Positions 16,455 to 25,813 of a DNA stretch of 64,000 nt are shown here, one piece after another. The notes beneath the pieces are model-generated. The model ran no database searches, had not been told where the DNA came from, and was given only the letters and a program-made list of their open reading frames with translations. The stretch spans positions 96,001 to 160,000 of the forward strand of contig JBFMAD010000002.1 in assembly GCA_040755855.1 (NCBI GenBank), written 5' to 3'. How positions within the stretch are numbered: the first letter of the stretch is position 1; each line of letters opens with the position of its first letter. Position numbers and translations under genes: made by a program. This stretch comes from Planctomycetota bacterium. Its GTDB lineage: Bacteria; Planctomycetota; Brocadiia; JAADGH01.

Positions 16455-19100
16455 ATGAAATTCAGAATCCACGTACTGTCGTTCGTTGCGGGCTGTCTCA
16501 TTGTCATGGGCCAACTCCATGCCTTGGACGTGGTGAAGGAGGGGAAGGCGGCGGTGACGATCGTCGTCCCCGACGATCCCGGCATGGTTGCGCCGCAAGC
16601 GGCGGGCTGGCTTCAGCAATACCTGAAAAAGGCCACGGGCGTGGAACTGAAGATTGTTCCCGAAAAGGAAAATCCGACCGGGACATTGATTTCCGTGGGG
16701 TCCACGAAGCTCGCCGAGAAAGCCGGCATCAAGACGGATGACCTGAAGTGGGACGGGTGCAAACTGATCGTGAAGGACAACGTGTTCTACCTTATCGGCC
16801 GCGACACACTCAGCACGGTCGAGACGGACATGATATGGCAGGGGAAGCCATCGAAGCACAAGCAGACCGTCGGCGCACAAGGCACGGGCAAGGCCGTGAC
16901 AACGTTCCTCGAAAAGTTCTGCGGCGTGCGCTGGCTCCTTCCCGTCCCGGAAGGGGAACTGGTCCCGCCTGCAAAGGACATCTCCGTGCCCGACGATCTG
17001 GCGATGACCGTCGTGCCTGAGTTTGTCTACTGCCACGGACGGTATCTCTACGGGCGCGGCAACCCGGCCGAGATCGCCAACAACTGCCGCACAGCCGTCA
17101 AGCTGCGCAGCTACGGCGGCCACTCCTGGAACGCATGGGTCCCCAACGAGGTGTACTACGACAAACACCCGGAATACTACGCACTTGTCAAGGGCAAACG
17201 GATCAACGGCGGCGAGAACGCCCACCTATGCACCAGCAATCCGGAGGTCAAGCAGATCCTTCTTTCTGAAATCCGAAAATTGTTCGACGCGGGCTACGAC
17301 TGGGTCCAACTGGGCCCGTCGGACGGATGGATTCGCTGCGAGTGCCCGGAATGCGAGAAGCTGGACACCTACCGCGGCCGATGGAACGAGTTGGGCATCA
17401 GCCTGGAAGAATACGTATACACATACCTGAAGGAAAACCCCGCCGACCGGATCAATCTGCTTCACAAGTGGATCTCGGACGAGTGTCTGAAATCGCACCC
17501 GGACAAGACGGTGCATCTGCTCGTTTATAGCACGACGATCATGCCGTCGAAGAAGTTCGACGTGTATCCGGCGAACAACGTAGGCGAGATGTGCGACCAG
17601 GACCGGCGGGTGGTGGATGCGTGGAAGGGAAAGATCCCAGCCAAGACCGCCTACGTCTGCTGGTTCGACGTGCCGTGGCATGGCATGGGCATGGGGGTGA
17701 GGTTGACGCCGAGGCAGATTTCCGAGCGAGTCCGCTTTCTTCACGAAAACGATTTTATCGGCCTCTACCTCGGCGGCGGCGGGGCCTGCTGGGGCCTGCT
17801 CGGGCCGACCTATTACACCCTCGGCAAGATGCTCGGCGACCCCGACCTGGACTACCGGCAGTTGACGGAGGATTACTGTCGCGGCGTCTATGGCAAGGCG
17901 GCGGATCGAATGATTGACTTCTTCAACCTCCTCTACACCCGCGAGGACGACACGGTCGTCGAAAACTACTACAAGCCGGACCGGTTCGGCGCCGGCGACC
18001 GGTTTGTGGCCATGTATCCGCCCAAGCTGCTGGATCGCCTCGACAAGATGCTTCAACTGGCCGAGGTGGACGCCGATACGGAGCGCGCCAAAAACTGGGT
18101 CAAGATGACCCGCGACCATTTCGACTTCATCAAGCTTCTCGTCCACATGACGATCGCCTATCGCGCCTACGAGGTTCACCCGACTCCCGCGAACCTCGAT
18201 GAGGTCAAGATGCAGGTGGACCGCTTCGAGACGTTCCGCGCTAAGATCATTGCGTATGACGATGCGTATGCCGCCAAGTGGTTTCCCGGCTATATGCAGT
18301 TCTACACCTTTCTTACCTCCGAGGGCGACAACGAGGGCTACCGCAGATACAAACGGCACACCAAGGCGCGAGAGGCGAAGGGATTCCGGGGCACGCCGAT
18401 CGGCTATATCCACAACCTCATCCGCGAGCCGCTGACGCTCGATTTCGAGCACCTGAAGAAGATGTCGGAGATCAAAGGAAAGAAGTCCGCGATTGACGTC
18501 GCGCCCGTCGCAACGAAGCCGGGCCTCGACGGCCCGATTCGCGAAGACGAATGGAAGGCCGCCGTCCCACAGGCGATGCAATCCATCATGCGGACGTCCG
18601 ATATTGGGACAAAGATTCGGATGATGTATGACGAGGCCTGCCTCTACATTGCCTATGAATGCGATGAGCCAGAAATTGCGACACTCAAGGCGACCGAGAC
18701 GGGACGCGACGGCCGCGTCTACGATCTGGACTGTGTCGAGACGTTCCTGGAAGTAGGGCCGTCCACGGGCCGCTACTATCAATTCATCGCCGCGCCGTCC
18801 AAGGACGCATTCTACGATTCGCAGGTCGGCTTCAAGAGACTTGGCGCGCAAGACTCGTCCTGGAATGGCGATTGGAGTTATGGCTTCCACGTGAACAAGG
18901 AGAAGAAGCGCTGGAGCCTTGTGATGGCGATCCCGTTCAAGACGCTCGGCGTGGAACCCCCGAAATCCGGGGCCACCTGGCGAGGCAATTTCGGCCGCGA
19001 GCGGCGCGCCGCGCAGGGACTGGACCTCTACCTCTGGTCGCCGAGCGACACCGGGGGCTTCCAAGACCCTCTGGCGTTCGGGGAGATCCATTTCAGGTGA
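16455..19100 (+). CDS. Secreted DUF4838-type protein with C-terminal CBM9-like domain
   Basis: Signal peptide, LQQYLKKATG, GVRWLLP, HPEYYAL...HLCTSNP, RCECPEC. C-terminal LDGPIREDEW...YDEACLYIA...WRGNFGR. Confidence 0.7.
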   Translation: MKFRIHVLSFVAGCLIVMGQLHALDVVKEGKAAVTIVVPDDPGMVAPQAAGWLQQYLKKATGVELKIVPEKENPTGTLISVGSTKLAEKAGIKTDDLKWDGCKLIVKDNVFYLIGRDTLSTVETDMIWQGKPSKHKQTVGAQGTGKAVTTFLEKFCGVRWLLPVPEGELVPPAKDISVPDDLAMTVVPEFVYCHGRYLYGRGNPAEIANNCRTAVKLRSYGGHSWNAWVPNEVYYDKHPEYYALVKGKRINGGENAHLCTSNPEVKQILLSEIRKLFDAGYDWVQLGPSDGWIRCECPECEKLDTYRGRWNELGISLEEYVYTYLKENPADRINLLHKWISDECLKSHPDKTVHLLVYSTTIMPSKKFDVYPANNVGEMCDQDRRVVDAWKGKIPAKTAYVCWFDVPWHGMGMGVRLTPRQISERVRFLHENDFIGLYLGGGGACWGLLGPTYYTLGKMLGDPDLDYRQLTEDYCRGVYGKAADRMIDFFNLLYTREDDTVVENYYKPDRFGAGDRFVAMYPPKLLDRLDKMLQLAEVDADTERAKNWVKMTRDHFDFIKLLVHMTIAYRAYEVHPTPANLDEVKMQVDRFETFRAKIIAYDDAYAAKWFPGYMQFYTFLTSEGDNEGYRRYKRHTKAREAKGFRGTPIGYIHNLIREPLTLDFEHLKKMSEIKGKKSAIDVAPVATKPGLDGPIREDEWKAAVPQAMQSIMRTSDIGTKIRMMYDEACLYIAYECDEPEIATLKATETGRDGRVYDLDCVETFLEVGPSTGRYYQFIAAPSKDAFYDSQVGFKRLGAQDSSWNGDWSYGFHVNKEKKRWSLVMAIPFKTLGVEPPKSGATWRGNFGRERRAAQGLDLYLWSPSDTGGFQDPLAFGEIHFR

Positions 19101-19142
19101 CATGCCCAAACCAGAATCCCGAACAGGAGGCAAGGACAGCCC

Positions 19143-19241
19143 ATGAAGTCATTGATTATCACATTTACCGCCCCGCTGGAGGACGACTGCCTGCCGCAAC
19201 CCAAGGACATCGTGGAGGCGATGCGGGAGATGTCGGGATGA
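19143..19241 (+). pseudogene. Chimeric remnant: MDR dehydrogenase-like N-terminus fused to an E1 beta C-terminus
   Basis: MKSLIITFT-APLEDDCLPQPKDIVEAMREMSG*. 19170-19241 matches 16335-16406 at 58/72 nt by manual count. Confidence 0.8.
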
Positions 19242-19273
19242 TTTTCGATTGCCGATTTGCAATTTTTGATTTT
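19242..19273 (+). repeat. Degenerate heptamer array TTTTCGA-TTGCCGA-TTTGCAA-TTTTTGA
   Basis: Lies between the remnant stop and the MDR gene. Confidence 0.75.
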
Positions 19274-19292
19274 AAGAAAAGGGATCGGTGCT

Positions 19293-20303
19293 ATGAAGTC
19301 ACGGATCGTCAAATTCACAGGACAGAGAAAGGTTGAACTACAAGAGGAGGAAATCGGCGATCCCGGGCCGGGAGAGATTCTTGTGCAGACAACAGTGAGT
19401 CTGATCAGCACGGGCACGGAGATGCTGTGCTATCGCGGCGACTTCGACCCCGACTGCTATTGGCCGGGGGCCGGTCGCTATCCGCAGACCCCCGGCTACA
19501 GCAACGTCGGCCGCGTCATCAAGGTCGGCAAGGATGTGGATCAGTTCAGCGAGGGAGATCGCGTCTTCACCGTCGCCTCGCACCGCCAATTCGCAATTGT
19601 GAAGGCCAACCATCCGAAGTCCGCGAAACTGCCGGATTACACCGCCGACGAGGACGCCACATGGTCATGGCTGGCGGTCGTCACGCAAACGGGCGTGCGC
19701 CGGGCGGAGCAGGCGATGGGCGAGACGGCTGTGGCGATCGGCATGGGGCCGTTGGGACAACTCACTGTTCAATACCTCCGCCTCATCGGCCTGCGCGAGG
19801 TCATCGCCATTGACCCCGTCCAGGAGCGACTGGACATCGCGGCTGCTCACGGCGCGACGGCAACCTTCTGCGGCAGCGCGGCCGATGCGGTGGAGTTTGT
19901 CGAGGCGCACACCGACGGCGAACGAGCGGACGTCGTGTACGACGTGACGGGGCATGACGCCGTCTTTCCCATGGCGCAGCGACTTGCCAGAAAACTCGGC
20001 GCAGTGGTGTTGATCGGCGATGCGCCGCATCCATCGAGGCAGCATCTGACCCACGATGTGGTGCGCCGGCAACTCAGGATCTGTGGCACGCAGAACGACT
20101 TCCTCCCTCCGCAGCAGGCCCACTGGTGCGCGGCGAAACAGATACCTCTTTTCTACCTCTACCTCCACCGGGGGCAAGTGCGCGTCTCGGACCTCATCAG
20201 CCATCGCTTCGCGCCGACCGAGGCGGCCGCGGCCTACACGCTGCTCGAAGAAAACCGCGGCGAAACTATGGGCGTGGTCTTCCGATGGCCTTCGAATTTT
20301 TGA
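19293..20303 (+). CDS. Medium-chain (zinc-binding family) dehydrogenase
   Basis: SLISTGTE, PGYSNVG, IGMGPLG, ADVVYDVTG, LISHRF. Confidence 0.9.
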   Translation: MKSRIVKFTGQRKVELQEEEIGDPGPGEILVQTTVSLISTGTEMLCYRGDFDPDCYWPGAGRYPQTPGYSNVGRVIKVGKDVDQFSEGDRVFTVASHRQFAIVKANHPKSAKLPDYTADEDATWSWLAVVTQTGVRRAEQAMGETAVAIGMGPLGQLTVQYLRLIGLREVIAIDPVQERLDIAAAHGATATFCGSAADAVEFVEAHTDGERADVVYDVTGHDAVFPMAQRLARKLGAVVLIGDAPHPSRQHLTHDVVRRQLRICGTQNDFLPPQQAHWCAAKQIPLFYLYLHRGQVRVSDLISHRFAPTEAAAAYTLLEENRGETMGVVFRWPSNF

Positions 20304-20494
20304 CCGGCGATGGATTAGCATCGCAAGTTAATTTGTTCGCCTTCTCGAAATTCCCCATGCTGCGAAGGCGCTTGACGCCTTCTTAGGCCAATTCATAATT
20401 TTCCGATAGAGCCGAAAAAACCAGAAAATATCTAAAAAAGGTCGCATTTTGGCAAAAATTTCCATTTTTCAAGGGGGGATGGGGAGAATTACCC

Positions 20495-20546
20495 TTGACA
20501 CCACAAGATATGGTATGATATAATCTGCAACCAACAAGGTGATGTG
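20495..20546 (+). promoter_or_regulatory. nrd promoter with overlapping putative NrdR boxes
   Basis: TTGACA(20495)-18 nt-TATAAT(20519). ACCACAAGATATGGTA at 20500-20515 and a weaker ACAAG-cored copy 31 nt downstream. Confidence 0.7.
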
Positions 20547-20661
20547 CTACCTACCGTAGCGATTTTGGGGATTTCCTCCCGTTTTTAGCAATCGCTGATG
20601 TGTTTTGTCGGAGTCGCGTGTTTAATGAGACTTTGCACGCCCACTGGAGGGGACGTGAACC

Positions 20662-21129
20662 ATGAGGTGTCCGTACTGCAAGCACGATGAGGACAAAGTC
20701 GTAGATTCGCGGTCGGCTGCGGAGGGCGCGACCATTCGGCGGCGTCGTGAATGTCTGAAGTGCGGCCGCCGGTTTACAACCTACGAACGGATCGAGGAGG
20801 GGTACATGCGCGTCGTCAAGAAGGACGGATCGCGCGCTCCGTTCGACCGACGTAAAATTCTGGCCGGCCTGATGCGGGCCTGCGAGAAGCGGCCGGTGAG
20901 CACGGATACTCTCGAACGGGTCGTCACCGAGATTGAGCACGAGATCTACGAGCGCTTCGACAAGGAAGTCCCCACGAAGTTTATCGGTGAACTGGTGATG
21001 CACAAATTGCGGGATATGGATGACGTCGCCTACATCCGATTCGCATCGGTGTATCGCGAGTTCAAAGACGTGAGTGAATTCGTCAGCGAGGTCCGGCCGA
21101 TGCTCAGGCACGACCGGAAAAAGAAATGA
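20662..21129 (+). CDS. nrdR: Transcriptional repressor NrdR
   Basis: MRCPYC...VVDSR...RRRRECLKCGRRFTTYE, ATP cone, VAYIRFASVYREF. Confidence 0.98.
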   Translation: MRCPYCKHDEDKVVDSRSAAEGATIRRRRECLKCGRRFTTYERIEEGYMRVVKKDGSRAPFDRRKILAGLMRACEKRPVSTDTLERVVTEIEHEIYERFDKEVPTKFIGELVMHKLRDMDDVAYIRFASVYREFKDVSEFVSEVRPMLRHDRKKK

Positions 21130-21173
21130 CGGAAACAAAATGGGCGCATAGTGAACGTGGAGGGGTGTGAGAC

Positions 21174-23588
21174 ATGAAACAGATTCGCATGGTTCGGAAG
21201 AGAAACGGTCGTCTGGTTCCCTTCGACGAAACGAAGATCACCAACGCCATTTTCAAGGCGGCCCAGGCCGTGGGCGGGGAGGACCGGCTCATGGCCGAAG
21301 AGCTGACCGGCGTCGTGACGCTCTTCCTCGAGAAGACTTACGACGGGAAAGTCCCCGGCATCGAAGACATCCAGGACATGGTGGAGAAGGTGCTCATCGA
21401 GACCGGGCACGCAAAGACCGCGAAGGCGTACATTCTCTACCGCGAAAAAAGGGCCCGCATCCGCGAGGGCCTCAAGGTCCGCAAGGAGATCAAGCGGAAC
21501 GGAGACCGAACGGACTGGTCGCTTCTTGTGGACGCGGGCACGCACGAGGAGATGTCCCCCTGGGACAAGTCCCTCATCGCCACTGCCCTAGAGAAGGAAG
21601 CGGACCTGACCTCCGACCTGGCCAATGAGATCGCCAAGGAGGTGGAACGAAAGGTCTTCGACTCGGGACTCAAGCGGATTTCCACATCCCTCGTCCGCGA
21701 GCTCGTGGACAATGAATTGTTCGAGCGGGGCCTCAACGCCAAGCTCGAAAAACAAAGCCTCGTCGGCATGCCCAAATATGATATTGAAGAACTGATCTTT
21801 CACAAGAGCAAGGAAAACAGCAACATCACGCGCAACAACCCCGAGGCCATCAACCTCTCCATCGCCGAGAACACCCTCAAGCAGTACGCCCTCCAGGAGG
21901 TATTCTCGAAGGACGTCGGCGAGGCCCACCTGCGCGGCATAGTCCATCTGCACGACCTCGGCTACCCGACCCGCGTCTACTGCTCCTCCCACTCCCTCGA
22001 ATACCTGAAAAAGTACGGCCTGTCGCTGGGGAACCTGGACACGACCTCCGCCCCGGCCAAGCACGCGCGCACCCTCACCGGACACCTCAACACCTTCCTC
22101 GCATCCATGCAGGCATATTACGCCGGCGCGCTCGGGGTCGGCTACATCAACATCCTCTACGCGCCCTATCTCGAACACTTGTCCTACGAAGAGATGAAGC
22201 AGGAGGCCCAGCACCTGATCTTCAGCTGCTCCCAGTCGGCCTTCTCCCGAGGGGGCCAGACGCTCTTCCTCGACTTCAACGTCCACACCGGCGTCCCCTC
22301 CTACCTCCGCAACATCCCCGCCATCGGATCGGGGGGGAAGGAAACCGGCAAGACCTATGGGGAATATGAACACATCGCCCAGGAATTCTGCCGCGCCCTC
22401 CTGGACGTCTGGCGCGGCGGCGATCAGTACGGCCACGTCTTCGCATTCCCGAAGTGCGACTTCCACATCAACGAAGACACCTTCAAGGACCCGAAACAGT
22501 TTGAGCTGCTCAAACACGCCTGTCAAATCGCCAGCGAGAACGGCACGCCGTACTTCGTGTTCGACCGCGACGAGGTGACGCTCAGCGCCTGCTGCCGGCT
22601 CCGAACAAAAATCAAGAACCAGTACATGATCCAGCACCCCGAAAGCATGCGCTTCTGCGGGTTCCAGAATGTGACGGTCAACCTGCCCCAGGCTGCTTAC
22701 CGCGCCGGCCGCGGCAACCACGAGAAACTGTTCGAGGAGATCAAGAAGGCGATGGATATCGCCATGAAGGCCCACCTGCAAAAGAAACAGTTCATCTCGC
22801 GGCTGATGTCCGAGCCGTCCATGCCGCTCTGGGAGATCGGCAAGAAATGGAACGACGGGCGGCCGTACATTGATCTGAACGAGGCCACCTACATCATCGG
22901 CCTCATCGGGCTCAACGAGTGCGTCCAGTACATGATGGGAAAAGAGCTTCACGAAAGCGACGATATCCTCAAATACGGCCTCAAGATCGTCTCCTACATG
23001 AAACTCGTCGCCGACGACTACAACAAGGAGCACGGACTCCATGTGACGCTCGAAGAGTCCCCCGCTGAGAGCGCCTCGCGGCGCCTGGCCAAGGTGGATA
23101 TGAAACTCTATCCCGACGCCAAAGAATACGTCCGGGGCAACATCGAGGAGGATGAGTACTACTATACCAACAGCATCCACCTCCGCGCCGACGCGCCGGT
23201 GGACCTGGTCACGCGCATCCGGAAACAAAGCTACTTCCACTCGCTCATCGAGTCGGGCGCCATCATCCACGCCTTCGTCGGCGAGGAGCGCCCCCCGGCC
23301 AGCAGCATCCTCGCCCTCGTCAGAAAGACCTTCGAGAACTGCCTGGCCGCGCAGCTCACCATCTCGCCGGAGTTCACGGTTTGCCGGTCCTGCTGCAAGA
23401 CCATCCCGAAGCTGGTGGAGCAATGCGAATACTGCCACTCGATGGACGTCTACGGCATTACCCGGATCGTCGGCTACTTCAGCCGGGTCAATAACTGGAA
23501 CAAATCGAAGATCGGCGAACTGAAGGACCGACACCGCGGCGATTACCGCGTGCCCGCCTTCGCCCATCTTCCGGGGAGGTTGGAATAG
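21174..23588 (+). CDS. nrdD: Anaerobic (class III) ribonucleoside-triphosphate reductase with two N-terminal ATP cones
   Basis: ATP cones, HLHDL, SACCRL, ESPAES, YYTNS, CRSC...CEYC, glycyl-radical motif ITRIVGYF. Confidence 0.96.
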   Translation: MKQIRMVRKRNGRLVPFDETKITNAIFKAAQAVGGEDRLMAEELTGVVTLFLEKTYDGKVPGIEDIQDMVEKVLIETGHAKTAKAYILYREKRARIREGLKVRKEIKRNGDRTDWSLLVDAGTHEEMSPWDKSLIATALEKEADLTSDLANEIAKEVERKVFDSGLKRISTSLVRELVDNELFERGLNAKLEKQSLVGMPKYDIEELIFHKSKENSNITRNNPEAINLSIAENTLKQYALQEVFSKDVGEAHLRGIVHLHDLGYPTRVYCSSHSLEYLKKYGLSLGNLDTTSAPAKHARTLTGHLNTFLASMQAYYAGALGVGYINILYAPYLEHLSYEEMKQEAQHLIFSCSQSAFSRGGQTLFLDFNVHTGVPSYLRNIPAIGSGGKETGKTYGEYEHIAQEFCRALLDVWRGGDQYGHVFAFPKCDFHINEDTFKDPKQFELLKHACQIASENGTPYFVFDRDEVTLSACCRLRTKIKNQYMIQHPESMRFCGFQNVTVNLPQAAYRAGRGNHEKLFEEIKKAMDIAMKAHLQKKQFISRLMSEPSMPLWEIGKKWNDGRPYIDLNEATYIIGLIGLNECVQYMMGKELHESDDILKYGLKIVSYMKLVADDYNKEHGLHVTLEESPAESASRRLAKVDMKLYPDAKEYVRGNIEEDEYYYTNSIHLRADAPVDLVTRIRKQSYFHSLIESGAIIHAFVGEERPPASSILALVRKTFENCLAAQLTISPEFTVCRSCCKTIPKLVEQCEYCHSMDVYGITRIVGYFSRVNNWNKSKIGELKDRHRGDYRVPAFAHLPGRLE

Positions 23589-23642
23589 CGTATCTGTCTA
23601 CATCAGGAAGTTCTGTGGATTCACCATAGGAGGAGGGAAGAC

Positions 23643-23933
23643 ATGCAGGTCAATATATTTGGCAAGCCTCGTTGCGGCAAGTGCGTTACCACCAAGAAAA
23701 AACTCTCGCACTTCCTCGACCGATGGGGAGTTGTGGACAAGGTCTCCGTGATCTTCTACGATATGAGCACCCCCGACGGCCTGGCCGAAGGCGCCTATAA
23801 CGACGTCCTCAACATCCCCACCGTCATCATTCGCGACGGCGAAAAGAACCTGGCTCGGTGGGACGGCGTCGTGCCCAAGACTGAAGATGTCAGGCTGCAT
23901 CTCCAGGACCGGCCGAATGCTACCGCCCATTAA
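23643..23933 (+). CDS. Glutaredoxin/thioredoxin-like protein (CGKC)
   Basis: IFGKPRCGKC...VLNIPTVII (cis-Pro motif). SD AGGAGG. Confidence 0.85.
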   Translation: MQVNIFGKPRCGKCVTTKKKLSHFLDRWGVVDKVSVIFYDMSTPDGLAEGAYNDVLNIPTVIIRDGEKNLARWDGVVPKTEDVRLHLQDRPNATAH

Positions 23934-24639
23934 GGGGTTCATCCCCAATACCCTGATTGACTGGGAGGGGAGGATCGCCTCGATCATCTTCCTCCCCGGG
24001 TGCAACCTCCGTTGCCCCTACTGCCACGCAGGCCATCTCGTGGGCGCGCCCAACACGCTGGAATCCATTCCCTTCGACTCGCTGGAGGAGAAGGCCCGGA
24101 GCCAGCGGGGCTGGCTCGACGGCGTCGTCATCAGCGGCGGCGAACCGACGCTCCACAACACCCTGGCGGAGCTTTGCGAAAGGATCCGCTCTCTCGGCCT
24201 CGGCGTGAAACTCGACACGAACGGCACCCGGCCGGATCACCTCCGCTTCCTCATCGAGAAGGGTCTCGTGGATTGCGTGTCCATGGACGTCAAGGCGCCC
24301 CTGGACAAGTATCCCCAGGCGACGCGCGCCGACTGCGATGTCGCGGCCGTCCGCGAATCAATCACGATGCTCCTCGACGGCGACCTGGAATATGAGTTCC
24401 GCATGACGGTCTGCCCGGCAGTCTCCACAGAGGAGGATGTAATGAACACGGCAAAGGAGATTCGCGGGGCGCGGGTATTCTATCTGCAACAATTCAACCC
24501 CGAGTTCGCCATGGACCCCTCCCTGCGCGATGTCCGGCCCTACCCCCGAGAACAACTGAGAGAATTCGCCCAGAAGGCGTCCCGCTTCGTGAATCTGTGT
24601 GTAGTCCGAGGGGAACCTCTCCCGGTCGCAGCGGATTGA
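23917..24639 (+). CDS. nrdG: Anaerobic RNR activating radical SAM enzyme
   Basis: GCNLRCPYCH, ISGGEPT, KLDTNG, MDVKAP. Adjacent to nrdD. Confidence 0.9.
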   Translation: MLPPIKGFIPNTLIDWEGRIASIIFLPGCNLRCPYCHAGHLVGAPNTLESIPFDSLEEKARSQRGWLDGVVISGGEPTLHNTLAELCERIRSLGLGVKLDTNGTRPDHLRFLIEKGLVDCVSMDVKAPLDKYPQATRADCDVAAVRESITMLLDGDLEYEFRMTVCPAVSTEEDVMNTAKEIRGARVFYLQQFNPEFAMDPSLRDVRPYPREQLREFAQKASRFVNLCVVRGEPLPVAAD

Positions 24640-24643
24640 AGAC

Positions 24644-25630
24644 GTGAAAGAAGCCCTCTATTACGAGAAGTTAGGGGACAAGAAGGTCCGTTGCGTTCTC
24701 TGCCCACAGTTCTGCCGGATCGAGGACGGAAAGACCGGCTTCTGCAGCGGACGGCGCAACCACGGCGGCGTGCTCTACGCCGAAACCTACGGCAGGTGCA
24801 CCTCCGTCGCCATGGACCCGATCGAAAAAAAGCCCCTCTACCACTTCCATCCCGGCACGTTCATCTTCTCTCTCGGCACGATGGGGTGCAACTTCGCCTG
24901 CGACTTCTGCCAGAACTGGCAGATATCCCAGGCAGCCGCCGCGCTCCAGGACATCACCTCCGCCGAGATAGTGGACGCCGCCCGGCGCGAAGGCTCCATC
25001 GGCGTCGCCTACACCTATAACGAACCGCTCGTCTGGTACGAGTTCGTTCTCGACACGGCGATGCTCGTCCGCGAAAAGGGCCTGAAGAACGTGCTCGTCA
25101 CCAACGGGTTCATCAACCCGGACCCGCTGGAGAAACTGCTGCCCTACATTGACGCGATGAACATAGACATCAAGAGCATCAACCCCAACTTCTACAAGGA
25201 ACGCTGCAAGGGTAAACTGGGGCCGGTTCAGGAGACGGCCAAGACCGCCGTCGAGGCGTGTCATGTGGAGATTACGAACCTGGTCATCCCCGGCCATAAC
25301 GACTCGAAACTGGAGCTGGGCATGCTGGCCGACTGGATCGCGGAGAATCTCGGCGAGGACGTCCCCGTTCACCTCTCGGCCTATTTTCCCCGGCACAAGC
25401 TCCAGGCCCCCGCGACGAGCGGCGAGACCCTGGCTATGGCCTACGAGATCTTCAAACAACGGTTGAGCTATGTCTATGTAGGCAACATGATTCTACCCGT
25501 CGGGGCGGAGACGAACTGCCGCCAATGTGGCGCCACGCTCGTGGCCCGCAGGGGATATCAGATCAGCATCCGCAACCTGTCCGACGGCAAGTGCGGCGTC
25601 TGCGGGGCGGAGAACAATATCGTTAGATAA
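24644..25630 (+). CDS. amrS: AmmeMemoRadiSam system radical SAM enzyme
   Basis: CVLCPQFC, DPIEKKPLYHF, GCNFACDFCQNWQISQ, AYTYNEP, YVYVGN. Confidence 0.92.
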   Translation: MKEALYYEKLGDKKVRCVLCPQFCRIEDGKTGFCSGRRNHGGVLYAETYGRCTSVAMDPIEKKPLYHFHPGTFIFSLGTMGCNFACDFCQNWQISQAAAALQDITSAEIVDAARREGSIGVAYTYNEPLVWYEFVLDTAMLVREKGLKNVLVTNGFINPDPLEKLLPYIDAMNIDIKSINPNFYKERCKGKLGPVQETAKTAVEACHVEITNLVIPGHNDSKLELGMLADWIAENLGEDVPVHLSAYFPRHKLQAPATSGETLAMAYEIFKQRLSYVYVGNMILPVGAETNCRQCGATLVARRGYQISIRNLSDGKCGVCGAENNIVR

Positions 25631-25813
25631 GTATTGCATTTGTTTTCTCGAGTTGTTTGTGGTATAATTCGTGGGACTGGATAAACCTCTCCTCTACCAG
25701 CCGGCCTGCGAGGGAAAATATTTTTCCCTCGAAGGGCGGTATTCCATTTTTAACAGACCCGGACAGGCTGTGTATGGACGGGCGGTATTAGGGGAGGCCA
25801 AACTGGGAGAGCC

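Noticed and set aside
16335..19241. E1 beta tail duplication read as a DGR template/variable repeat
   Set aside because: Differences are not confined to adenines of one copy and many are synonymous, which fits ordinary divergence.
21588..23567. Long antisense ORFs (659 aa opposite nrdD; similar ones at 17226-19133, 30138-31718, 32148-33938, 51075-53756)
   Set aside because: Shadow frames of real genes, expected from high-GC codon bias. No recognisable motifs.
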